A DNA stretch of 64,000 bases from an uncultured Clostridia bacterium (GCA_947629505.1 CANRDW010000002.1:150-64149); one strand, 5' to 3'. Positions 15,981-23,533 are shown, counted from the stretch's first letter. A program made the numbers and translations. The notes: generated by a model from the letters alone, not told the origin.

Positions 15981-17375
15981 ATGAAAAAATCAACAAAAAT
16001 TGGTATGACAGCTCTTGGAATCACTGCAGCGCTTGCTGGTGGAACTGTGGCCGGGGTTTATCTAGAAAAGGAAGTTCTGCATCCTCAAGTGCAACAGCAA
16101 ACAAATCAATCAGAAAGTAATGAAGATATTCTTGTTGGATATATTATATCTTCAAATGACTCTGAGATGGGACAATATATTCCTGCTAATGCAAATAAAA
16201 CATATTCTTATTTAGGAACTGATGGAGAATTAATTGACGATCCACAAATTATTGCTCAAAAAGAATGTTCTTCACTTGGTGGAAAAGGAATTTATGTTTT
16301 TAATATTAAAACAAAAACTTGTAAAAAGTTTTTTAAAGACACTTCTGTAGATGAAATCAATTTCACGTCATTGGCGAGTATCCAATATTCACCTTATTCT
16401 TCGAGAATTGTTTGTGTTGGACAAGATGTTTATTACTTTGATCCGGGCACTTTCGATTTTATTAAAACAGACATTCAGGGCGATGTAAAAAAAGTATATA
16501 ATGCGCAATATGGCAACATTCTGTTGTTGGCAGACAAAATTGCTTGTTTAGATGTTGATTCCAGGAAAACAAGCACCATGGAGTCACCTCAACTTATCAA
16601 AGAATTAGTGGATGATCAATCACTTCATTATGATGAAGAATTAGAAACATTCTACTTTACTTCTTCTCGAGCATTTGATGAATACAACAAAGGCCTGGCT
16701 GTATATAAAATCAGTCAAGATAGAACTGAGGTAAAGACAATTTTTGAGGGGACTTCAAACGATAGATATGCACAAGTCCAATCTTGCAAAGACAAACTCA
16801 TATTCCATAAATATGAAAATTCTAGTTGGCAATCACCTTGTGTAAGCGCTATCGTTTGTGATTTGGCCAAATATACATATAAAGAGATCACCTATCCAGA
16901 ACAACTTGCAAGCCAATTTAATGATTCAACTTCCTTGTTTTTGGAAGATAAGTATATGATCATGGTTGCTAACACGACAGAAGATTCAAACACACTTAAA
17001 TTTTACGCCTTTGATCTAGATGCCGGCACATATACGACAAAAGAAATCACTGACGAAAGTTTAAGTATAAGAACGGGATCTGGATGCATTCAGTTTTTGG
17101 GCTTATCTACACGCAATGACTATACACTTATTTTCCTAAGCAATTACGACTATTCTAATAGACTGTATTGGGGATATCTTGCTCACATTCAAGATGGTGA
17201 ACTAGAATTAAGTATCGTAAATGAAGATTTTAACAAAACAAAACATCAAGGCGTTGTTTACTTCGATTGGTTTAATAGCAATACCATCGAAACTAGAGAA
17301 GAGGATGGCACAACAAACAAATATCTCTTTGATGAAAAAACCTTAACCTTTACAAAAACAGTGGAGGAAGTGTAG
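15981..17375 (+). CDS. Membrane-anchored protein, paralogue B (464 aa)
   Basis: RBS AAGGAG. The first ~100 nt are ~90% identical to the 13334 gene, then the sequences diverge. Confidence 0.8.
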   Translation: MKKSTKIGMTALGITAALAGGTVAGVYLEKEVLHPQVQQQTNQSESNEDILVGYIISSNDSEMGQYIPANANKTYSYLGTDGELIDDPQIIAQKECSSLGGKGIYVFNIKTKTCKKFFKDTSVDEINFTSLASIQYSPYSSRIVCVGQDVYYFDPGTFDFIKTDIQGDVKKVYNAQYGNILLLADKIACLDVDSRKTSTMESPQLIKELVDDQSLHYDEELETFYFTSSRAFDEYNKGLAVYKISQDRTEVKTIFEGTSNDRYAQVQSCKDKLIFHKYENSSWQSPCVSAIVCDLAKYTYKEITYPEQLASQFNDSTSLFLEDKYMIMVANTTEDSNTLKFYAFDLDAGTYTTKEITDESLSIRTGSGCIQFLGLSTRNDYTLIFLSNYDYSNRLYWGYLAHIQDGELELSIVNEDFNKTKHQGVVYFDWFNSNTIETREEDGTTNKYLFDEKTLTFTKTVEEV

Positions 17376-17437
17376 GACTGTGATTTCGCTTTCGTAAGAA
17401 AGAAAATCAATAAAATTTAAAAAAAGGAGAAAAAAGT

Positions 17438-17605
17438 ATGCAAAAAGCAAAAAAAACAGCGAAAAAAGCGCTCAAAACTCAAAAAAGAGTTAAAAGTGCA
17501 TCGAAAAAACCTACTAAGGCTGCTTATGCTTCAAAAAGGACTGTAAATGGAAAAAGCACTCCAAAAAGCAAAAACCGCCGTGTAATTGTAATCAATGTTA
17601 AATAA
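17438..17605 (+). CDS. Very basic 55-aa protein, not in the ORF track
   Basis: RBS AAGGAGA then ATG at 17438. Translates MQKAKKTAKKALKTQKRVKSASKKPTKAAYASKRTVNGKSTPKSKNRRVIVINVK. The stop abuts the next gene's start. Confidence 0.6.
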   Translation: MQKAKKTAKKALKTQKRVKSASKKPTKAAYASKRTVNGKSTPKSKNRRVIVINVK

Positions 17606-18511
17606 TTGAAAGAATATTCTAAAATTGAAGATATTTTCGCAGATGGAATATTTACGCCTTATGAAACATTGGTTGTTTGGGCGAAGCGCGGCAAGGGCAA
17701 GTCCGCTTTTGCCGCCTTTCTCCAAACTGAATTTATGAAACCTGCTATGGCAAGCATTTCCTTAGACAAAGCCAAAGAAAAGTGTGAGAAATTAAAAAGA
17801 GCCGGGATTTATATTGAGCCTCCAAGAGATCATTTAGTTTTCAATGACACTTTTTGTGAAGATTACAGATATCCGGGAAGAATTGCCTATGAAATTAAAG
17901 CAACAGACATTGGCATTCCTAATAAAATTCATAGAGTAAAGCAACTCATCCCATTTTCACAAATCTTCTTAGAAGAGATTCAAGATTTATTTGACAGTCA
18001 CCTTGGTGCGCCACCAACTTTTGTCACTAAATCATTTGAACTTGGCCGACATAATGGACTTTTTATTTGTATGACTTTACAAAGGCCAATTCGTTTACAT
18101 AAAGATATCCGTGATCTTGCCACGTTTGTTGAAATTGTTCAGATGTCTGTTGTAACAAACAAGTATGGAAAGATTTTAAAGACTGTTTGGTTGTGTAATA
18201 TCATTTATGACAACGCAAACTTAGAGGCTTATCTTCAATCCAAAGACGATGCGTATGTTGATTTAAAAGTTAAGTTTGCCTTTAAAGGCAATATATTCAA
18301 CTGTTATGATCCTGAATTCTTTGCTCTTGCTTTCTATTCTGGGAATAACACTGAGGAATTAAAACTTACTAAATCACAACGTATTGATTTTACACCTGAG
18401 TCTATACAATCTTTTGAACAAAATCACTGTATTGATATTCCTGAAACTTATCGAGGGAAAATGCTAAAATCTACAAAATCGAAGAAAAAGGATGGTGATA
18501 ATGATGACTGA
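17606..18511 (+). CDS. Zot / inovirus pI-like P-loop NTPase (soluble, 301 aa)
   Basis: Walker A AKRGKGKS, Walker B IFLEEIQD, and ELGRHNGLFICMTLQRPIRLHKDIRDL matching the Zot-family RHxGxDIxLxTQ block. TTG start. No C-terminal TM seen. Confidence 0.55.
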   Translation: MKEYSKIEDIFADGIFTPYETLVVWAKRGKGKSAFAAFLQTEFMKPAMASISLDKAKEKCEKLKRAGIYIEPPRDHLVFNDTFCEDYRYPGRIAYEIKATDIGIPNKIHRVKQLIPFSQIFLEEIQDLFDSHLGAPPTFVTKSFELGRHNGLFICMTLQRPIRLHKDIRDLATFVEIVQMSVVTNKYGKILKTVWLCNIIYDNANLEAYLQSKDDAYVDLKVKFAFKGNIFNCYDPEFFALAFYSGNNTEELKLTKSQRIDFTPESIQSFEQNHCIDIPETYRGKMLKSTKSKKKDGDNDD

Positions 18512-18965
18512 TGAAGAACGCAAAGCACTTGAAGAGTATGTTCTTTCTGAAGATTATTTTAATGAGTTTAAACAACTCAGAGAAATCTCTGACATCATGC
18601 CCTCCAAAGATTTTAAAGAGTGTTTAAAATTAGTCTCTAAGGGATTACGTGAGAAATATTCATATAGATATAATATTTCCACTAAATACAACAAGAAAAC
18701 GCCATGGTGGCGCAGATGGAAAGAGAAGCGTGATGCCGCTCGTGAACGTAAGATAGAGCAGCATCTTTCTGAGGTGACGAATAAAGATGCTTCTCAAATA
18801 AATCAAAGGCTTGATTCAATTGAAGAAGCTATTAAGAATAATACTCCTTCATTGCCAACTTCAGTGACAACTGAAGTTTTACTTGGAACAAGTAAATCAA
18901 CCAAATTAATTGAAAATTCAAAAGAAACGAAATCAGACAAGGAAAGCGAAGCGCTTGCTGATTGA
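18501..18965 (+). CDS. Hypothetical charged helical protein (~154 aa)
   Basis: Overlaps the ATPase gene's end. The start could be 18492, 18501 or 18504. Confidence 0.65.
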   Translation: MMTDEERKALEEYVLSEDYFNEFKQLREISDIMPSKDFKECLKLVSKGLREKYSYRYNISTKYNKKTPWWRRWKEKRDAARERKIEQHLSEVTNKDASQINQRLDSIEEAIKNNTPSLPTSVTTEVLLGTSKSTKLIENSKETKSDKESEALAD

Positions 18966-19101
18966 GTTTTGAATTTTCAGTTGCGAAAATATGGTTAATT
19001 AAATCTTATTTTCCAAAGGTCGTATAGACCTTTGGCGGTTGCATAAATGCAACTTGGCCCAAAATTTACCAATTTTTTAAATTTTTTTTGGAGAAATTTT
19101 T

Positions 19102-19461
19102 ATGACGAAAAATGATTTTATTACTGAAAATTTAAGATTTTGCCGGATTTTAACTCAGCAAAAAATTTCTGCGGAAGATGATCGGGCTATAAAAAATTTT
19201 ATAGCACAAAATTCAGAGCATATTTTTACAGATCTTGTTGCGCATCAAATTAAAATTTCCAAGATCGATTATGTAAATGACACTATGCGTTTATGTTACC
19301 TTTTGCCACAGTGTGAATTTGGATCTCACGAGGATCTACAAATTAAGAAAGAAATTGCATCGAATTTATCTAAAATTTCTCAAATTGAAAAACAAGAGAG
19401 TGAAGTTCGGCGCAACAAAAAAGATAGAGATCTGATTTTAAAGATCACTTCATGTATGTAG
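19102..19461 (+). CDS. Hypothetical protein (119 aa)
   Basis: RBS GGAGAA then ATG. Confidence 0.65.
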   Translation: MTKNDFITENLRFCRILTQQKISAEDDRAIKNFIAQNSEHIFTDLVAHQIKISKIDYVNDTMRLCYLLPQCEFGSHEDLQIKKEIASNLSKISQIEKQESEVRRNKKDRDLILKITSCM

Positions 19462-19469
19462 GAGGGCCT

Positions 19470-20294
19470 ATGAAAACGATAAATCTAGAGAATTACAAAT
19501 TAAATGAAGATGAACACTTAGATGAAAATCATCTGCCTGTATGCAACAAATGTGGCATGAAAAGATATATTATCAATCCTTTCAATAATCAAATACAAAT
19601 TTGCTTGTGTAAATGTCAAAAAGCAAATTTTGATGAACAGCAAGCAAGATTCGAAAGCCAGCAGTTGTCCATAAAGATTGAAAAAACAAGATTTTTGAGT
19701 CTTTTAGGGAAGAGATATCAGAATGTAAACTTTGACAACAGTGAATTAGACTCACAAAACATTGAGATCTACAGCAAGGTTAAAGATTATGCAGAACATT
19801 ATGAGGAAATGTTAAATAAGGGCTTAGGATTTTACATCTATGGAAAAAACGGCGTAGGAAAAACACATCTCTTGGCTTGTTTATGCAATTATTTGATAGA
19901 ACACGCTCAGGCCTGCTGTTTTACGAATTTTTTAAACATATCTGAGAATTTGAAAGAAGCGTATATATCAAAGCAAGAAGAAAGTGGAGTGATTGAGAAG
20001 TATTCCCGTGTCAACTTCCTCATTATAGATGATTTAGGAAAGGAAAGTTTTAAAAAGATAAAAAGTGACACAGAGAACTTGTGGCTTGAAGAGAAAATCT
20101 TTGAAATTTTAAACAATCGCTACAACAACATGCTTCCTACAATATTTTCTAGCAATTACTCTCTGATCGAACTAAGCACTGTTTTTGGATTTGATAAAGG
20201 AATTGTTGACAGAATTTATGAATTTTCGAGCAGTATTTTTGAAATGAAAGGCAAAAATCGAAGATATTCCGTTTACAAACTAGAAAATCAATAA
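19470..20294 (+). CDS. DnaC/IstB-like AAA+ helicase-loader protein with an N-terminal Cys cluster
   Basis: RBS AGGAGGG then ATG at 19470. Walker A GKNGVGKTHL, Walker B LIIDDLGKE. N-terminal CNKCG...CLCKC. Confidence 0.8.
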   Translation: MKTINLENYKLNEDEHLDENHLPVCNKCGMKRYIINPFNNQIQICLCKCQKANFDEQQARFESQQLSIKIEKTRFLSLLGKRYQNVNFDNSELDSQNIEIYSKVKDYAEHYEEMLNKGLGFYIYGKNGVGKTHLLACLCNYLIEHAQACCFTNFLNISENLKEAYISKQEESGVIEKYSRVNFLIIDDLGKESFKKIKSDTENLWLEEKIFEILNNRYNNMLPTIFSSNYSLIELSTVFGFDKGIVDRIYEFSSSIFEMKGKNRRYSVYKLENQ

Positions 20295-20325
20295 TATAAA
20301 GTTTAACGCTACTAAGGAGGGCCTT

Positions 20326-20520
20326 ATGGAAAAGACACTTAAAGAAAAAATAGAAAAAATAATGGAATGGCATGATTGGGCACCATGGCAATTTGCAAAA
20401 TGGCTTGGTGTTTCTAAATCTCAAGTCACACGGTGGCGTGCTGGTCAACAGATTCCACGTGGTGAAACGTATATGAAAATTTGCAAGGAATACGAAGATA
20501 AATTTTCAGATGGAGGCTAA
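20326..20520 (+). CDS. Small HTH protein (Cro/XRE-like, 64 aa)
   Basis: RBS AAGGAGGG. QFAKWLGVSKSQVTRWRAGQQIP. Confidence 0.65.
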   Translation: MEKTLKEKIEKIMEWHDWAPWQFAKWLGVSKSQVTRWRAGQQIPRGETYMKICKEYEDKFSDGG

Positions 20521-20522
20521 AT

Positions 20523-20777
20523 ATGGAAAAGGGGTTGAGTGTATATTCACAAGTTGATCGAGAGCAATTCTTTTCAATTTCAACAATAGATCCAGAGCAG
20601 ATGAAAAAGCATGGATTAAATATGTCTATTACTCAGTTGAAAGAATTAGCGCGAAATCATCCGTGGGCGAAAGAAATCCGCACAGGGAGTCCCACAAATG
20701 AGAAAAGACAGTGTTGGACAAAGATTTACAGATATGACGACTTCAAAAACTTTAATTATAAAAATGTAGGAGGTTAA
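20523..20777 (+). CDS. Hypothetical protein (84 aa), possibly excisionase-like
   Basis: RBS GGAGG. MSITQLKELARNH...IYRYDDFKNF resembles MerR-type Xis only weakly. Confidence 0.5.
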   Translation: MEKGLSVYSQVDREQFFSISTIDPEQMKKHGLNMSITQLKELARNHPWAKEIRTGSPTNEKRQCWTKIYRYDDFKNFNYKNVGG

Positions 20778-20778
20778 T

Positions 20779-21003
20779 ATGGATATTTTGGCTCTTATAC
20801 TTTGGTTAATGATAATTTTCTCAGGGCTGCTTGTAATTGCAAATATAGTCATTTTGTTTAGAAGTTATTTTAAAGACAGAGATGTCTGTGACTTTTCCCA
20901 ACAAATAGATTATATGCGGAGACAGATTGCAAGTTTGCAGGCTGAAGTTGACGCTTTAAAATTAAAAATTCGAAAGAAAAAAGGAGATGATTCTGATGCT
21001 TAA
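20779..21003 (+). CDS. Small single-TM protein with a basic coiled C-terminus (74 aa)
   Basis: RBS AGGAGG. TM ILALILWLMIIFSGLLVIANIVILF. Confidence 0.65.
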   Translation: MDILALILWLMIIFSGLLVIANIVILFRSYFKDRDVCDFSQQIDYMRRQIASLQAEVDALKLKIRKKKGDDSDA

Positions 21004-21331
21004 ATTCTTTAAAAACATTTTAAAATTTGCTCTTGACGATATTGGATCGTTAATTTATTCAATTATTGCTGCTGTAGTAAGCGGATTTTTATTTCCACTA
21101 TTTGTTCATCTTGTAAAAACAGAGGGATCTATCGCCATTATTGCAGCCATATTTGCCGGGATATTTGCTGTCAGTTTTATAATTTCAAGCGCAACTTGTG
21201 CTCTGGTTGTCCTTGTTAAAGGTTGCTTTAAGGACAAGAAGTGGAAGAAAGTTGTATATATAACACTTTCTGCATTAACAGTGGTTGCAGATATATTAAT
21301 TGTCGCAATTTCATTCGCAATGGTGGTGTAA
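20987..21331 (+). CDS. Multi-TM small membrane protein (114 aa)
   Basis: RBS AAGGAG. Three or four hydrophobic helices. Confidence 0.65.
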   Translation: MILMLKFFKNILKFALDDIGSLIYSIIAAVVSGFLFPLFVHLVKTEGSIAIIAAIFAGIFAVSFIISSATCALVVLVKGCFKDKKWKKVVYITLSALTVVADILIVAISFAMVV

Positions 21332-21332
21332 T

Positions 21333-21806
21333 ATGGCCGAAGAATATTTAGTAAAAATAAAAAATTCCGATTTTGTCTTACTTTCAACTTTCTATAAGCC
21401 CGAGGCAGAAGAATTTGTTAAGTATTGTGAAGAAAACCAACAGGAAGTTGAAGTTGATGTTTTACAAGTAAAGGATAAAGAAGCAATCCATAAATTATCT
21501 ATGCAACAGAAAGAGTCAAGGGCGTTGATAAACTCTTTTGCACAATATGTAAATCGTGAAGATATTTTAAAACTTGTGGCCGATAAACATGATTTAGAGC
21601 ATGTAAGAAAAGCAAATAACGAAGAAATTGCTCTTCTTCACACTCATATTGACAAATTAAGGGAAATTTTGGCCGAAAGAGAGACGGTTTTAACAATGCC
21701 TGAACAGAAAGCAAGAAAAGAGTTGTTAGAGACAAAACACACTCTACAATGTGCCTTAAATCGAATAAAAGAGTTAAACCAGGAGATAAAAATTAAAAGA
21801 AGATAG
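21333..21806 (+). CDS. Coiled-coil hypothetical protein (157 aa)
   Basis: ATG at 21333 immediately after the upstream stop. The track start at 21300 overlaps the previous gene. Confidence 0.6.
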   Translation: MAEEYLVKIKNSDFVLLSTFYKPEAEEFVKYCEENQQEVEVDVLQVKDKEAIHKLSMQQKESRALINSFAQYVNREDILKLVADKHDLEHVRKANNEEIALLHTHIDKLREILAERETVLTMPEQKARKELLETKHTLQCALNRIKELNQEIKIKRR

Positions 21807-21978
21807 TTTAGGATTATCTTCTCACATGGTAGAATGAACTAAGGGAGTTCTTTAACAGGTCCAAATCCTGATTCTACCTATAATCCAAGGTGTAATTCCT
21901 TGCTAAAATAACCATTTTTAATGATTTTAACAAAAACGCGACACAAAGTGCCATGCGTTTTTTTTGTATATTAAAGTG

Positions 21979-22017
21979 ATAGACAAATTTTGACGGGGTT
22001 ATAGACAAATTTGTCTA
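21979..22017. promoter_or_regulatory. Iteron-like repeats (2 x ATAGACAAATT) plus the palindrome TAGACAAATTTGTCTA, next to an AT-rich tract
   Basis: Direct repeats at 21979-21989 and 22001-22011. Palindrome at 22002-22017. Followed by ~80 nt of >85% A+T. Confidence 0.4.
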
Positions 22018-22253
22018 CTACTCAAAAAAAGAATCAAAAAAATATACCAATTAAATTAATATAATATACTTTTATTTATTATATAAAGAGAGATATATGT
22101 CACAATTTTGCCAATTTATCTCCGCGCAAGCGCAAAAATAGGTGCTTTTTTATTCGCAAGATGGCAGTTTCCGTTTGCCCGTCAGCGAAAATGCTGGCAA
22201 AAGGCTAAAAAATAATAAACTGCATCGAAAAAAAATCTTTTAGACAAAAAGTA

Positions 22254-22282
22254 TTGACTTTTTTGTAAAAAATTGGCATAAT
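22254..22282 (+). promoter_or_regulatory. Sigma-A-type promoter of the TA operon
   Basis: TTGACT, 17-nt spacer, CATAAT. Confidence 0.55.
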
Positions 22283-22300
22283 TTTAATAAGGAGGCTTAA

Positions 22301-22900
22301 ATGACTAAGGAATATGAAGCAAAAGACATTGCACAATGGTTTATAAATCGCGCTGCAATGGATGCAGAAATGTTTTATGGGGAATACATGACAAATCTCA
22401 AGTTGCAAAAACTTCTTTACTTTGCACAAGGCTTTTCTTATGCAATAAACAACAAACCACTTTTCAAGGAAGAACTTCAGGCATGGCAACATGGTCCTGT
22501 TGTTCCATCTATATACATGACTTATAAAGTATGCAAAGCAGATCCAATTTCAGATGTAAATCCTGTTGAAATAGATGATGAAACTTCTGCACTGTTGGAA
22601 TTAGTGTATAAACATTTTGGAATCTATTCTGCAACACAATTAAGAAACATCTCTCACAGTCAAATGCCTTACATGAAAAATTATAAAGAGAATGTTCCAA
22701 ACATTAAAATCCCAAAAGCAGATATTAAGCAACAATTTCAACAAGAGCACGAGTCTTTATCAAAGGAATTTATCGAAAATAAGGAAGAATTACTGAATTA
22801 TGCTGAAACTTGTTACATCAACAGCGTTCCAAACTTAAAAGAGAAGATTCTTCAAGACAATAACGATCTGGTAGAGGTGGATTGGCGCAATGAGTTATAA
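22301..22900 (+). CDS. Panacea (DUF4065/SocA-like) domain antitoxin
   Basis: NLKLQKLLYFAQGFSYAINNKPLFKEELQAWQHGPVVPSIY is the Panacea-domain signature. Overlaps the toxin gene by 11 nt. Confidence 0.8.
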   Translation: MTKEYEAKDIAQWFINRAAMDAEMFYGEYMTNLKLQKLLYFAQGFSYAINNKPLFKEELQAWQHGPVVPSIYMTYKVCKADPISDVNPVEIDDETSALLELVYKHFGIYSATQLRNISHSQMPYMKNYKENVPNIKIPKADIKQQFQQEHESLSKEFIENKEELLNYAETCYINSVPNLKEKILQDNNDLVEVDWRNEL

Positions 22901-23150
22901 AATACAAATGACAAGAGACGCTTTGAAAGACTATGAAAAAGTTAAAAAATCAGTTTTTCATGGTGCTGTAAAAGAATTACTCAACATTTTAGCAGAAGAT
23001 CCACTTAAATTTCCACCACCGTTTGAACAACTTAGAGGGGATTTAAAAGGTTATTATTCCAGAAGAATAAATAAACAACATCGTCTTGTTTATACAATTC
23101 AAGGTGAAGTTGTAATTATAAAATCAATGTGGACACATTATGAAACATAA
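22890..23150 (+). CDS. YoeB/Txe-family (RelE-fold) toxin
   Basis: LKGYYSRRINKQHRLVYTIQGEVVIIKSMWTHYE matches YoeB (FWSRRITEEHRLVY...CRYHY). Confidence 0.85.
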   Translation: MSYKIQMTRDALKDYEKVKKSVFHGAVKELLNILAEDPLKFPPPFEQLRGDLKGYYSRRINKQHRLVYTIQGEVVIIKSMWTHYET

Positions 23151-23208
23151 AAATGAGCCAACAATGGCTCATTTTTTTAATTATTGTGTTACACTTCCTG
23201 GTAAAAAA

Positions 23209-23230
23209 TTATCGTCAAAATTATCGTCAA
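23209..23230. promoter_or_regulatory. Putative integrase arm-type sites, right end
   Basis: TTATCGTCAA at 23209-23218 and 23221-23230, ~50 nt inside attR. Mirrors 3766-3787. Confidence 0.5.
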
Positions 23231-23281
23231 AAAACTCTACTCATTCGTAATTTAGCAACGAGTGGCGATTGGCCACAAGTT

Positions 23282-23328
23282 CCTTACAAGCAGAGGGTCA
23301 TAGGTTCGAGCCCTATAACTCCCACCAA
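23282..23328. repeat. attR core (displaced 3' fragment of tRNA-Val)
   Basis: Identical 47-mer to 3636-3682 and lacks the tRNA 5' half. Confidence 0.9.
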
Positions 23329-23331
23329 AAG

Positions 23332-23440
23332 CAAGTTAAAAGCTTGTTTAACAGGCTCATAGGTAAATCCAAAGGATTTAGGCTAGGGAGCGCCCGCCAA
23401 GAATGACTTGGCATTGAGTAGGGTGGATTTAATTCCTACT
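23332..23440. repeat. ~110-nt structured repeat, copy B (host side of attR)
   Basis: Reverse complement of 15796-15906 with compensatory stem changes. Followed by a + strand terminator. Confidence 0.8.
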
Positions 23441-23448
23441 TTCTTAAG

Positions 23449-23476
23449 AAGGCTGTCATTTGACAGCCTTTTTTAT
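23449..23476 (+). terminator. Intrinsic terminator
   Basis: Stem GGCTGTC/GACAGCC, loop ATTT, T6. Confidence 0.75.
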
Positions 23477-23496
23477 ATACTATTAGAAATTTTTAT

Positions 23497-23525
23497 TTGC
23501 AAAAATGAAAGCGTTGTGATATATT
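23497..23525 (+). promoter_or_regulatory. Sigma-A-type promoter for tRNA-Pro
   Basis: TTGCAA, 17-nt spacer, TATATT. The tRNA starts 9 nt downstream. Confidence 0.6.
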
Positions 23526-23533
23526 ATTAAAAG

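Larger units (their letters stand above)
3636..23328. mobile_element. Integrated element (prophage-like or novel integrative element) in the tRNA-Val 3' half
   Basis: Exact 47-bp direct repeat at 3636-3682 and 23282-23328. Integrase lies next to the intact tRNA. Matching TTATCGTCAA arm repeats sit just inside both ends. An XRE repressor switch, replication genes and a TA module lie between. Confidence 0.85.

Noticed and set aside
20779-21331. Holin-endolysin lysis cassette (two small membrane proteins in tandem)
   Set aside because: No muramidase, amidase or peptidase gene follows or precedes them anywhere in the element. Membrane topology alone is not enough to call holins.
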